This document shows, piece by piece, positions 40,882 through 53,555 of a stretch of DNA of 64,000 nucleotides. Each line of letters opens with the position of its first letter. The first letter of the stretch is position 1. Position numbers and translations under genes: made by a program. This stretch comes from Paramecium tetraurelia (Eukaryota): positions 310,001-374,000 of the forward strand of contig CT868418.1 of NCBI GenBank assembly GCA_000165425.1. The letters run 5' to 3'. Under the pieces are notes generated by a model, which saw only the letters and a list, made by a program, of their open reading frames with translations, was not told the DNA's origin and did no database searches.

Positions 40882-43800
40882 TCATAACAACTCTTTTCTT
40901 CTTCTGCATTTCAATTTTGGCACGTCATTCAACCATTTCTAAGTTATGGACACTACAAAAACTAAATTAGTAGGACGAAGCTCTTTTTCTTTTGCTTATA
41001 ATGATTAATGTTCTGCATAATCCAGACTTCCAAATAATTATTTTATATGAAAGAGTGTCAATTCAGCAAATAGAAATCCATATTTTAATTTTATTGCTTT
41101 CTATTCTTTCAACAATGCTAATCCAACTTAACATATTAAATCCTAGTTTTCTTTATCAATTCCTTCCACTACCCCCATATATTATCTTCTAATTTATGTT
41201 CTCCTCTCTTCTTATCTTAATTAAACCAATTCATTTTTAAGTATTCTATACTCATTTATTAATGGACTCAAAAACACAGTCTCAATTCCTTATTTTTCAG
41301 CTAGATCAACTTTTGGACAAGATTCAATAAATTCTAAATCATTATCAAAAGTAACTAAGTTAACAACTGGCTACCTTTCTGAATCTACTTTGATTCCTCC
41401 CGTGTACACGAATTTCACTTTTCTGTATTACTCATGAGGATAAAGACCTCCCTTTAAATGACATAAATTATCGGTTTTTAAGCTATCAGGATCAGGTTCA
41501 GGATTATAAAGTGGAGAAAATTTAGCATCTAAAGCAGGGAGTTACAAAGTAATAGGTTTGGCATCAACAGTTTACTTTAAAGCTTCATTAATTATATTTG
41601 CCTTTTCTAATTCATCCTCACTGAAATGAGGAGAAGCCTTGCCATTTTCATCATCTGATATTGTAATTACCACAGGATTAGGTTTTACTCTTTTTTAAGT
41701 TGGAAAATCTCCTCCACCATTCTCATTATTATTACTCCTATCGAATCCTCTATCAAATCCTCGATCTTGTCCTCTATCTCCACCACGACCACGTCCTCTA
41801 CCTCGACCTCTTCCTCTTTCACCATTTCCATTCGATTAGTGATTATTGGAACCCCATCCATTGGATTGCTGTTAATCATTATTGCTGCTTCCCCAACCTC
41901 CTCCATTTTAAGCAGGTTGATCAGTTGTTGTAGAACCCCAACCACCATTTGAAGCTGGCTATTCAGTTGCAGTAGATCCCCAACCTCCACTTGCAGCAGG
42001 TTATTCAGTTGCTGTAGATCCCCATCCTCCTCCATTAGAGGCAGGTTACTCAGTTGCTGTAGATCCCCAACCTCCATTTTAAGCTGGTTGTTCAGTTGCT
42101 TTAGATGCTCCCCATCCTCCATTTTAAGCTGGTTGTTCAGTTGTCGTTGATCCCCAGCCTCCATTTTAAGCAGGTTATTCTGTTGCCGTAGATCCCCAGC
42201 CTCCATTTTAGGCAGGTTATTCGGTCGCTTTACTAGACCCCCAACCTCCATTTTAAGTAGGTTATTCTGGTGCTTTAGTAGACTCCAAACCTCCATTTGA
42301 AGCAGGCTATTCAGTTGTAGTGCTTCCCCATCCTCCATTTTAAGCTGGTTACTCAGTTGCTGTAGATCCCCAACCTCCACTAGAAGCTGGTTATTCAGTT
42401 GCTGTAGATCCCCATCCTCCACTTGATGCAGGCTATTCAGTTGCTGTAGATCCCCATCCTCCACTTGATGCAGGCTATTCAGTTGCTGTAGATCCCCATC
42501 CTCCACTTGATGCAGGCTATTCAGTTGCAGTAGATCCCCATCCTCCACCGGCTTAATCATTTGATGATCCTCCCCAGCCTCCACCGTTGCCTGAATTTTC
42601 ATTATCTCTTCCTCCTCTAAATCCACCTCTTCTATCTCCTCTATCCCCTCTTCCTCTGAATCCTCCTCGATCTCCTCTATCTCCTCTTCCTCTAAAACCA
42701 TCTCCTCTTCCTCTATATCCTTCTCCATCTCCTCTTCCTCGATATCCTTCTCCATCTCCTCTTCCTCTATATCCTTCACCATCTCCTCTTCCTCTATATC
42801 CTTCTCCTCCTCCTCTATCTCCTCTTCCTCTAAAACCATCTCCTCTACCTCTAAAACCTCCTCTGTCTCCACGATCTCCTCTTCCTCTGCCTCTACCTCT
42901 TTGTCCATCTCCAGATCCTCCTCCCCAGGAATTTCCATTTTATTAATCTGATGAACCTCCCCAGCCTCCACTTGATTAAGCTGGTTAATCACTGCTTCCC
43001 CATCCACCTGATGTTGTAGCTTATTCAGTTGTGGATCCCCATCCTCCTGACTAAGGTTAATCTTATGTTGCTGTTGTTGAACCCCAACCTCCTTATTATT
43101 GTGGTTATTCTGTTGTTGTTGATCCCCATCCTCCTGATTACTAAGGAGGCTATTCTGTTGTTGTTGATCCCCAACCTCCAGATTATTATGCTGGTTATTC
43201 TTAGGTAGAATTTCCCCATCCATTGGATTATTAAACTGGTTATTCAGTTGCTTACCCCCAAGCGCTATTTGATTATTTTGGTTATTCAGTTGTAGAACCC
43301 CATCCACCTTAAGTTTATTCTGCCTACTATGGCTGCTGTTCTGTTTTACTTCCCCAACCTTCTGATGCTTACTGAGCTGGTTATTGAGTAGAATTTCCCC
43401 ATCCTCCAGATTGGGCTGGTTGTTCTGTTGTACTTCCCCATCCGCCAGATTAAGCAGGTTATTCATTTGTTGAAGTACTACCCCAACCACCTCCAGAATT
43501 ATCCTTGTTTTCTGAATTTCCCCATTAATTACTATCTCCATTACTTCCCCAAGTATTACCTCCTCCATTATTATTATTAGAATTTCCACCCCAGCTTCCG
43601 CCATTATCTCTTCCTCCTCTGTATCCTCCTCGTCTCTCACCTCTATCTCCACCTCGATCACCTCTATCTCCTCTTCCTCTGAATCCACCTCTGTCACCTC
43701 TGTCTCCTCTTCCTCTAAATCCATCTCCTCTTCCTCTGTCTCCTCTATCTCCTCTGCCTCTAAAACCTCCTCCACGATCTCCTCTGAATCCATCTCCTCT

Positions 43801-44211
43801 TCCTCTACCTCTGGGTCGATCTGATTAAAATCCATTATCTGAATTTCCTCCTCCTCCCCAGGAATTTGATCCACCTCCCCATGATGATCCACCATTGTCT
43901 GCAGTTGAAGAGCTTCCAAATCCTGTGGTTCCAGATCCCCAAGCATTATCATTAGTTTCAGCTTTAGTTTCTCCCCAAGATGATTATTGCTATTATTTTT
44001 GATCTCCCCAACCTCCTGATTCTGCAGCTGTTCCATTCTAGCCATTGCTGTCCTTATTCTCCTTTATTTCATCGCGACCCTATTATGAGTCCTAAGTTTT
44101 TTTCACTTCATCTACTTGCCAACCGCCTGCACTTTATTCACCACCCCATACTGGAGTAGAATCAACTGGTTTAACTTCACCTTCTTCAAGGTTATCTGCA
44201 GTCTAACTCAT
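40882..44211 (-). CDS. NOWA1/NOWA2: NOWA-type GW/WG- and FRG/RGG-repeat protein (1109 aa, intronless)
   Basis: MSQTADNLEEGEVKPVDSTPVWGG... with about 40 (G)GWG motifs alternating with GFRGRGD/GYRGRGD blocks. A ~270-aa non-repetitive C-terminal region ends KCRRRKELL*. Start and stop are in frame (3330 nt). Architecture matches Paramecium Nowa proteins, but the paralog cannot be distinguished without a search. Confidence 0.85.
41890..42590 (-). repeat. 42-45-nt tandem repeats encoding GGWGSTATEQPAxx
   Basis: ggctattcagttgctgtagatccccatcctccacttgatgca is near-perfectly repeated at about 42390-42545, with diverged copies on either side. Confidence 0.92.
42600..42925 (-). repeat. RGG/FRG/YRG repeat block (30-nt units GEGYRGRGDG)
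   Basis: Pyrimidine-rich + strand with cttcctctatatccttctccatctcct-type units. A second FRG block lies at about 43605-43850. Confidence 0.9.
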
Positions 44212-46452
44212 ATGAATATTTAATTAATTAGTAAGTGGACCAATTTTTAGATTGATTTATGCTAATTTTATGAAGTGAATAATTGGATTATTTTATAAAA
44301 TGGCTTGTTTTAGATTTCTATTGAGATTAAATATACAATTTTATATTGTTTAAACGATAAATTTAATACAATAGCATCTTATTCATTAATATTTCTTATA
44401 TTTATTATTGAAATTCCCAGATATAAATTAATCCTGAAATTAATTATCCTCTTCAAATTATATGGAAGCAGCACTACCAATTTGTTTCAATAGATCATCA
44501 ATTACGTCTATATTATTTCGATAGTTTTTATTATGATCTACATAGTGTTCCATTTGTTGGATATGGTAGGTATTATTAGGCCAAATCTTAAAAGATAACC
44601 TCGATAAAAAAGTATTATTTACTTAATTTTTATTTCTCTTCACAGGCAGATGATAAGTGGAACCACAGTTGACCTGAAGAGCATCTAGTGGTTATGATTA
44701 TAAGGGCAACAAACTGCTAACTACTTCTTTTTTAATTTTGAGGCTTTTTCATTTCTCACCTTATTTTATTCAATTAATGATTTATTATCACATGAATTAC
44801 TTTGGAATAATCCTAATTATTTTAAAGCAGGATCATTCAAAAATAAACTCAAATAAGTTTATTACTATTAGATGGTTTGAAAGATTTTTAAAAACACAGT
44901 TATAAATTAATATTGGATAAACAGTATTTATACCTAATTGCTGAGAAATAATAAAGTAAAACTCTGAATTGAGTATTTTTTGAAGAACATATTTTTCATT
45001 TACTTTACCTAAATCATGGTGTAATAAAATCAAATAAATTGGTGAAAGTTGCAGAAAATAAGTCTTTTTCATCAATTAATTTTTTGATTTATAAATTTTG
45101 TAAACCAAGAAACTAAAAATATTTCAAAGATAGGATCAATTAATAACTAACTCTTAAAAATTGTGTTGAGTCATTGCTGAAATTTTAATTTTTTTATTTT
45201 TTGAAATGAAGTTGTTTTTATTAACAATTTATAGAAATTATTAAATGTACAAAGAAGGATCTGATAAGAATTAAATATAGATACTTTTATCAAATTAATG
45301 AATGATAAGCGAGATTAAAATTATGTTTTTAATATTAATTTGGTTACTCCTCAGTTTTATTAATTCAAAATTAATATGCAACACACCACCAAGGCAGTTA
45401 AAAATAGTGTAAGCATAACCAAAGCTATATAAACTATAGATAATATTCTTAATGCACCACAAGGTTCTCCTTTATAAATACCATACTTATTTCTTAAATC
45501 AATAAATATACCGATAGCAAAACAAAGAAAAGGACCCCTATTAAATAGGTTGATCCTGTTAAAAAGGAATAAACTTCCTAAGCCGATTTCATCTCCATTC
45601 GATCAATTACAAAGTAAAAGGAACTGTATTTATTAATATTTTTGTTTACAATTTTAATACAGCCAAAATCAATAAAGCTACCCCAAAATCTAATGCTTAT
45701 TCTCTTAAGAATACACATTCATCATTTTCTTTTTCATTATTTTATCAAAAATACCATAAAAGGCTTTGTTAATAGACATTAATAAAAAGATTGTTCCAAA
45801 ACTTAAATTTCCCAATCCCATATCTCTAAGTGAATCACGATATTTTATTTTTATTCTTTAATTCTATTCCTCATCCTCTATCATTTCTAATAAAAATAAT
45901 AATATAAATAATGTTATATAAATATATATCTAATTAAAAAATAATTCTTAGAAGACTATAGAATTATTAAATTGTATTTATAAACAATATTCTTAGAGTT
46001 AAAATGAATTAAATGAAAAATAAGAAATAATTGATAAGCAATTTTAATTATTCATGCATTTAATAAAGACCTCCAAATAATCATAACTAGAATATTAGTT
46101 AATCAATTCATGAATAATTATGCAAAAGTTGAATATACAAATGATAGGCTTCATTTGCCTAACTTTGTTCTTAATACTTTATTTAATAGGTTTGTATTTA
46201 TAATTTGATTTTCTATTCCCAGTGATTATTTTATCCTTATTATAATATTAATAAATTTAATAACAATTCACAATGGAACTATGACATAGTAATATGCTAT
46301 AATAAAAATAAATAATTTAAATAAATATAATTAATATCTCTTATGAACTGATTATATAAGGTATTGTATTTTGTAAAAATTACATTATTAATAATAACAA
46401 TTAAACAAAGAAGATAACCCTAACAATTTATAAAATTTCTATCCTCAATAAA

Positions 46453-46689
46453 ATGAAAGAAAAGTAAAATTCGATCAAAAGGAAAATAAAAAAATAATCA
46501 CCAAAAAAATTTCAAAATATAGATGATTAATTGAGTTCACCATTAATAACGAATGAGATACTATTAGAAAAATATCCAAGCTACTGCTCAAGCGAAATCT
46601 CAAGTCCTGATTCAGCAAGGGAAGAACCTGGTAGTATGTTAGAATTCTTACTTCATTTGGAGAATTCTAACTACTGTCCATTCATCTGA
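46453..46689 (+). CDS. 78-aa microprotein, paralog A
   Basis: MKEKQNSIKRKIKKQSPKKFQNIDDQLSSPLITNEILLEKYPSYCSSEISSPDSAREEPGSMLEFLLHLENSNYCPFI*. Supported by the neighbouring inverted paralog. Confidence 0.75.
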
Positions 46690-47042
46690 ATATGTTGATA
46701 ATATTAAGTTTTTTTTTATAATTATCTCTTTACGAAGGCAAAAAATTCTCTTCTGACACTGTTATACATAAAATCAAATGCGTTTTTATATTGAATGCTA
46801 ATTATTAGATTAATTTGATATTAAAATTGCAAATACAGAAACATTTAATATATAGATAAAGATCAGGAATGTTTTGTTCGTGAATAGTAATTTTATGTGA
46901 CTTCATTTCACATATCATCACTCAGATAATATATAATATTATGTAATTTACAGTACGTTAAATATTATGGATGTGATTCTTCATACTATATTTATAATAC
47001 GTATTATTATAAAGTGTGTAAAAATATATAGAAGTCTAATAA

Positions 47043-47279
47043 TCATATAAAGAGTGGAGAGTGTATTTCCTCTATGGTTAGGAGGAATTCTAGCATACTA
47101 CCAGGAATAAATTTGGATGATTCAGGACTCGACAGTAAACTTGAACATTGACTTTAATGCTTAGATAATAAGTCCTCATTAGTAATTATTGGAGAACTTA
47201 AATTCTCCTTTTATAAGTGTTTTCTTATGAATAGTTTTCTTATCTTTTTGACTCTTTATGAGTTATTTTTTTCTTTCAT
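47043..47279 (-). CDS. 78-aa microprotein, paralog B
   Basis: MKEKNNSQRVKKIRKLFIRKHLQKENLSSPIITNEDLLSKHQSQCSSLLSSPESSKFIPGSMLEFLLTIEEIHSPLFI*. Same length as paralog A with an ungapped alignment. Confidence 0.75.
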
Positions 47280-47533
47280 TTTATGGATTTATTTAAAGAT
47301 TTATTTTTTATATAATTTATTTTAATAATTAAAATTAAATGATAATATTTTTTATATTTGAATTTAAATATCCACTAAATCTTTCAGCATTAATTACAAT
47401 AAATCATGCAGTGTAAATTAATCAAAAGCCATAATATATTGTGAAAGTAGAAAAATCTTATATAATATTTAACTGGACATGAAATTGCATTAGAAATGTG
47501 ATTATAAATATGAATACTATTAAACATTAAAAT

Positions 47534-50078
47534 TCATTATTTCCTTAAAAATTGTTATTGTTCCTTAGACAAATGCTTGGATAAGTGTTATAAATGTTCA
47601 AATGAAATTGATATGGGTTAAATGAGATTATGGCACTCAGTAATATCATTTTCAAACTCTGTTTCGATAGAATCTATATCTTAAAACTCATCATCTTCAT
47701 CTAAAGCTATAGTTTTCTAAGGTTTAATAAAATTCTTACACATTATTATTGATTTGAAATCAGAAATTCAGTCATTTTTGCCTTGAGTGGAATAACCTTA
47801 TCAATAAAAGGATCCACATAAAACAACTAATCAAAAAATGGTAATAAAGTGAATTAATAAATAACATTAATTTATAATTATAGTAAGGATTTCTATTATA
47901 AAATTGAAGCAAATCTCAGCCATTTACTGAATAATTATTGTATGCTTTCACTGTTGGATTAAAACCATTATAAAAGCTGATTCGAATGTTATAAATAAAT
48001 TGCGCATAAAATAGTTGTTAAACCATTAATAGTAGAGGGTATTTCAGAGTGCATAATTTTTTAGAGAATTTTGCTAAGCAATTAGATTGTAATTTATCTA
48101 TTCATATGTTTATTCCAGACAACAAACAATAAATCATGTACGTGTTCTGTGAGAGCCTCTAATTCTGGTTCTTTTTGAATATTTAATTGAATATCTAAAA
48201 TTTAAATAACTGTATTTAAAGTTAGTTAATCAATTGAATTATACTATAAGAGTGTCTTTAAAAGCATAATTCCTTAAGGAGTAAATTCATTAAATACTAA
48301 TAATTATTGAGCAATCTAAGGGATAAAATTAATTAATAATTGTGGTTAATGTTTTGCAATTATTGTATTAACTTTTAACCATATCAATCCATTGGTGGCT
48401 GAGAATGTTTATTAAACTGAAACTGGATCAATTGTGACAAGAATTTCCAAAAGTTCATAAAATATCTATCCCAACAATGAATCATGTGGATAGGTGGTCC
48501 AATAATGATAGATATTTTATAGAATTGGAAATTATAAGGTCTTACATAATTTTAACATCTATAAGACACTATCAAATAAAATATGTGCTGTATCTTAGTC
48601 AATTGAAGGGAATTGAATGTTGGATGAATCAACTAGGTATTTAAAACTTTGTTCATCCAAAGTAGTGTTTTTGCTTGCATGGGCACATAATTTTCCAAGA
48701 TTAAATAAATTCACTAAACCAAGCTATGACTTTAACTATTGAACATGCAATTAAAATAGTTATGTAAATACTTCAACTTATCCTTATGTTAATAGATATA
48801 AGTTAGTTAAAGCAATTAATTTTTAAAGTTGAAAGACTTAGTTTTAATTATTGCTTTGTTATTTCAATATTTGATCAATTATTACAAAATTTTGATTTGG
48901 ATTAAATAAATCTGATGAAAACTATGCAATGATCACATATTAACCAACCATTTCAACCTATTACTATAGATATTATAATAATAATTATTTTGCATTTTAA
49001 GATGTTTTTTTATTTGATAATTACTGTTCAAAGAACATTAAAACAGCTTATACAACTGTGGGATCATCTTCCATAATAAAATGATCCAAATTGATATTTT
49101 TAATTGGCATGCTTAATATTTATAATAAACTGTTGTAAATCGTACTATTGCATAATTATTAATTATTTAATTCCATTAACATTTATAAAGTATAAAATAA
49201 CAGCACTTCCTAATTTGGTTCTTATTCATAGCATTCATCCAAAAAGTTAATTTCTATTATGATAATTTTATTGCTTACCTTCTAAATATTGAATGGAGTT
49301 GGTTAATCTATCCAAAAATTGTGTCATTTATGGTAGAATGACTTTTCTGATTTGCTTAGAATAAGACTTCATCTCTTTGAATATCAAATTTAAAGCTTTC
49401 ATAATGTAAATCTAAGATTCTAATTAATCCTATTGTTATAAAACTTATGAGAATCGTTCCATCCATTAAATAAATGTTGAATCAAAGCATTATTTTAATT
49501 ATTCTATATCTGTTTGTTCGCAATGAGAAAACATTTTAATGACCTAATAAACTAAATTATATGTTTTAGATGTAGGTGCTTGTTATGATAACATGTTCTA
49601 GAGAATTATTTCGCAATACGATATTAAATTCTATCCATCTAATTACTGATAGATATGAATTAAGGTGTTTATAATGTGGGGATTTAGAGCGTATAAATGT
49701 AAAAATTATGGTATCAATGATTGATATTCAGGATCTCTTCTCATCACTTCTGTAATTATTATTGTCTAACTTGAAATAAAAATTTACGATGATTTCTTAA
49801 ACTGGAACTTATTGCTCTTGTTAAAGACCATCCACCAAAACCTTTAAGATGTCTGATTTTATTTATTGTTGCAAATGTTGCCAATTCAATAGGATTACAT
49901 TCTTGAATAAAATTGCGATGTATTTTCTTTATTGTTGATTGATATCAAATATTAACTTTAATGAGTCTAGTATAAAATTAGGTGTATTCTTTAGATATTC
50001 GGATAGATATTGGTCTCCATGTCTTAAGATCTCCGGATTGTTAATGCACTATTCGTAAACTTATAAAATATTAGCCAT
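47534..50078 (-). CDS. Importin-beta family (HEAT repeat) protein, possibly importin-9-like
   Basis: IBN_N-like RKYIAILFKNVILLNWQHL...KSDILKVLVDGL and an acidic C-terminal loop EDDEFQDIDSIETEFE. One 22-nt intron near 49767-49788 makes the frame consistent. Confidence 0.72.
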
Positions 50079-50095
50079 AAATTAAATTATTCAAT

Positions 50096-50673
50096 TCATT
50101 TTCTTAATTAAACAGCATCAACCATAATAGTAAATTACTTATTTCCGTCTATTGCTTTAAACTATTTAGCTCCGGAATCATATTTGAAAAATGTTTTCAC
50201 CATCTCAGAAGTTAAAACCTGAGGGCATTTTCCTTATCCGAATATCAAATAAGGTTGTGAATCTACAGCATAGCCATACAAAGCTCTAAAGTCCTTAATA
50301 TTTTTTATTTCTTACCGATCTACCATAAGTTTTGAATAAAATTATAAAATGTTCAGCTTCAACTCCATCTAATTTTTGTAGAATTGCTTCTCTCTCTCTT
50401 TTATTAGGCTCTCCAGCCAGACACACATAGGTTATCGCATTCTTTAAAATAGTTTTATTATTTTTTTTATTTTTTTCAACCGAAATTGATCTATCTATAT
50501 CTGAACAAAAATGTGCAGTTTCTTTTTATCTTGCCATAGGAGATTTTCTATTCGCTGAAGCATTACGTTTTGATTATGGCATTGAAGTTGGAATAAATTA
50601 TGGCTCTTTTTCTTATACCACATTTTTTTAATAAAATTATGGCGATTGATGCTAATAAAATTGATTTAATGAA

Positions 50674-50745
<72 letters not shown>

Positions 50746-52454
50746 AATTTTTTTAATGAAGCACTAGGCATTAATGGAGATTAATCTCGTTTATTATTCT
50801 AACTACTTTATTATTACTATTATTCTTTATTTCTTTATTAACGAAGCTATTTTAACTCCTCCATTTCCTATAGTTTCTTTTTTTTTAATACTTCGAATTT
50901 TTTTTATTTCTCTTTATCATCTTAATCTTCAAAATTTATACTAAACTAATAAAATTTATTATTATGATCTTCTTCCTCTGAAAATATCTCTTCTTCTTCC
51001 TCAAGATAATTATTATTTTACTAACTTACCTAAAATTCTTCATTGTTGTTTTCATTTTAGACGTCCTAAGAAAGTTAATATTATTTATTGGCATTAGAAT
51101 TAGTATACAGATAATTTTAATAGGACTATTACTTCTCGAATTCAGTTGATGGAGCTCTTTTTGATGTTTCACTGAATTTAGAGGTTTAATGAGATTATTA
51201 ATAATTTGAATATTATTCTTAGAATTTAGACTAATTCTAATTAGAGACATTAGATTTCTCTTCCAAATCTTAATTTTTTGACTATTCTTGGATTTGATTA
51301 TATTTGGATTAAATTTAACTAGTTGCATTGCTTTTTTATATTTAATCATATTAACTTTTTTGAGTCTATACCTTTGATTACTCAAAATTAGATTAATCAA
51401 ATTTAGAAACTTGATCTGCCTGTTTATTTGCATATAAAGACTTTGCTATTTGAGATTGATCTTAAATTTTATAAGAGAATTCTTGATCAAGACTAGGCAT
51501 CTAAGGATATTCAATCCTTTATTTTTCATATAATTTGGATTATTATTGCGATAACTCCAATAATTTCGATGACATTGATTATTGTGATTACTCAATTAAG
51601 GGTTCTTCGTTTGATTTGGCTTACTTGTAAGATTAATCGAATTTTAAGACAGTTTATTTGGAAGCATCCACTTATCTGCTGATTTCAAGTATTTTATTAG
51701 TTTCATTAGGACTGATCTTCAAATCGCTAAAAGATTCTGATGATTTGCTAACATCATTCAATTTGGAGGTTTCTGCATTTGCAAAATTAGTATCCAATCT
51801 ATCGATTCGTAATTTAATTAAATTGTTATAAGCAGTCTAGTTATCTTATTAGTTAATTTTTAATGGCTTTTATTGGGTTTACATTGAGGATTCTTGCAAT
51901 TCTTCTTCAATGACTTCTTAGATTTCTTCATCCTAGTCAAAATCTTAATTATACTGTTCATCATTGTCATCCTAATCCTATTAGAGCTAGTTAGAGGCGT
52001 GGTCTGGTTGCTGCCTTTTGAAATAATTTTTTGGTAAATTCTTAGTCTTCTCTTCATATTGGGCAATGAGAAAATCTAATTGTTTGTATTGTTAGTCTTT
52101 GGAATCAACGAAGGAATGATAATTGATTTGGAAATTGGGGTGCTCTTTTTGGAATTGCATTGATTATTCAAATTTCGAACTCTATTATTTCATTTTGGAT
52201 TTATCCATTTGAACATCGAAACGGTCTGATTAAGCAGAGTTGTTAGAAATAAGACTCAAGGGTGTCGCATTGAGACGAGACTACTAAATGGATTGTTATT
52301 GAGTTAGAAATTCCCAAACTTATAATTTGATTTTGTTTCTCTCTTACTCCTATTGAAGAGTGATTTATGACTTTTCATCAGCGACCTTTTTAATTTGTTA
52401 ATTCAAATAGTATTGTATTATTTTGTCTTGTTCTTGCGATTGAGTTAAATCCAT
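50096..52454 (-). CDS. CKK-domain protein (CAMSAP/Patronin-like) with long Q-rich disordered region
   Basis: C-terminal NAITYVCLAGEPNKREREAILQKLD...HFIILFK...|DFRALY...MVKTFFKYDSGAKQF...VDAVQLRK* resembles the CKK consensus. Confidence 0.8.
50676..50744 (-). repeat. (TAA)n microsatellite encoding 23 consecutive Gln
   Basis: 69 nt of tta triplets on the + strand (one ttg), within the CKK gene. Confidence 0.9.
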
Positions 52455-52472
52455 TTTATATTATTAAAATTA

Positions 52473-53479
52473 ATGAGTACCGATTCTGATGAATCTGAAT
52501 TTTTGATATAATACTTCTCAAATCTAATCCTTGCTCCAGAAAGTCAAAAACCTCAACCCATTAACAATGAATACTCTTCCTAGATTTTATATGTTTTTGT
52601 TCATACAAATTAAAGATTCGATTACAAATCATGGGGTTAAGAGTATTTTGGGAAAGCAGTGAAAATTAGTATGTTTCGAAGAACTCAAAAATATACGATA
52701 TTGAAATTGTTGAGTGACTAAGGTAACTGACATTTAAATTATTTAAGTTCTGTTCTAAAATTTTAGACATCAAGAGATGAATTGCTGTATCAAGCCAACG
52801 TTCCATATAAGTGCTACACTTTCGGTTCAAGTGCCATTCGACTATATAAATGAGTACACGGTTTAAGGGGATAAAACTATCTATTTATTAGGTAAATAAT
52901 GTAAGTTGAAAGAAGATGATAAAATAGAATTTAAATCATATAAGGTGGATCTATTGATCAATAACACAGGTATTATTATAGTATTAGTATTTAGAGTAGA
53001 TAATGAAGGTTATCTGCAGTATTTTGAATAGTAGAAGATAAGGTAAAATTTTGATAGGAATTTCGTATGATAAAGATTTAAATGGTTACGTCGTTAGCGG
53101 ATGTTTTTGTTAGGAGAAGAAAGCCTATTAGGTGATGAACTCAATAATGAATAAATGTAAGGAGTTTGGTTGTGATTAATGGGTGAACATCAGATTGCAT
53201 GAGTGTGGAGTGCTGCTTTAGGATCAATGCTATGTTGTGAACAATCTAAAAATGTAATTATAATAAGTAATTAGATTTGAGATCATCATTAATGAGGGCA
53301 CGAATCAATTGATAACCATTACGCCTGGCAAATACTATATCAGAGAGAATGGATAATCAGTGCCTATAAAAATGAAATAACTATTTAATTATTGGAAAGA
53401 TAAAATGATAACAGAGGAGGAGTTTGAGTAGTGTCTCAACTTTTATGATGAATTGATGAAGAAAAACAAGTTGATCTGA
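52473..53479 (+). CDS. Hypothetical protein
   Basis: MSTDSDESEFLIQYFSNLIL... with multiple tiny introns, ending ELMKKNKLI*. Confidence 0.6.
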
Positions 53480-53555
53480 AGAAATTGATAAATTTGTGAA
53501 TATATTAAATTATTTCTAAAAGTGTTTATAAATAATTAAATTTAAAAACGGATTA

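Noticed and set aside
41890..42590. Regularly spaced direct repeats resembling a CRISPR array
   Set aside because: Units are in-frame multiples of 3, have no unique spacers, encode GGWG peptides, have no cas genes nearby, and the DNA is eukaryotic.
42587..42946. Pro/Ser/Leu extensin-like ORF on the + strand
   Set aside because: Antisense reading of the RGG/FRG block.
41685..44045. 786-aa Glu/Leu-rich ORF in the supplied track
   Set aside because: It is the +1 shadow frame of the NOWA-type gene. Stops in that frame need NTA/NTG codons (L/I/M/V), which the G/W/R/Q/S/T repeats almost lack, and the ORF ends where the repeats end.
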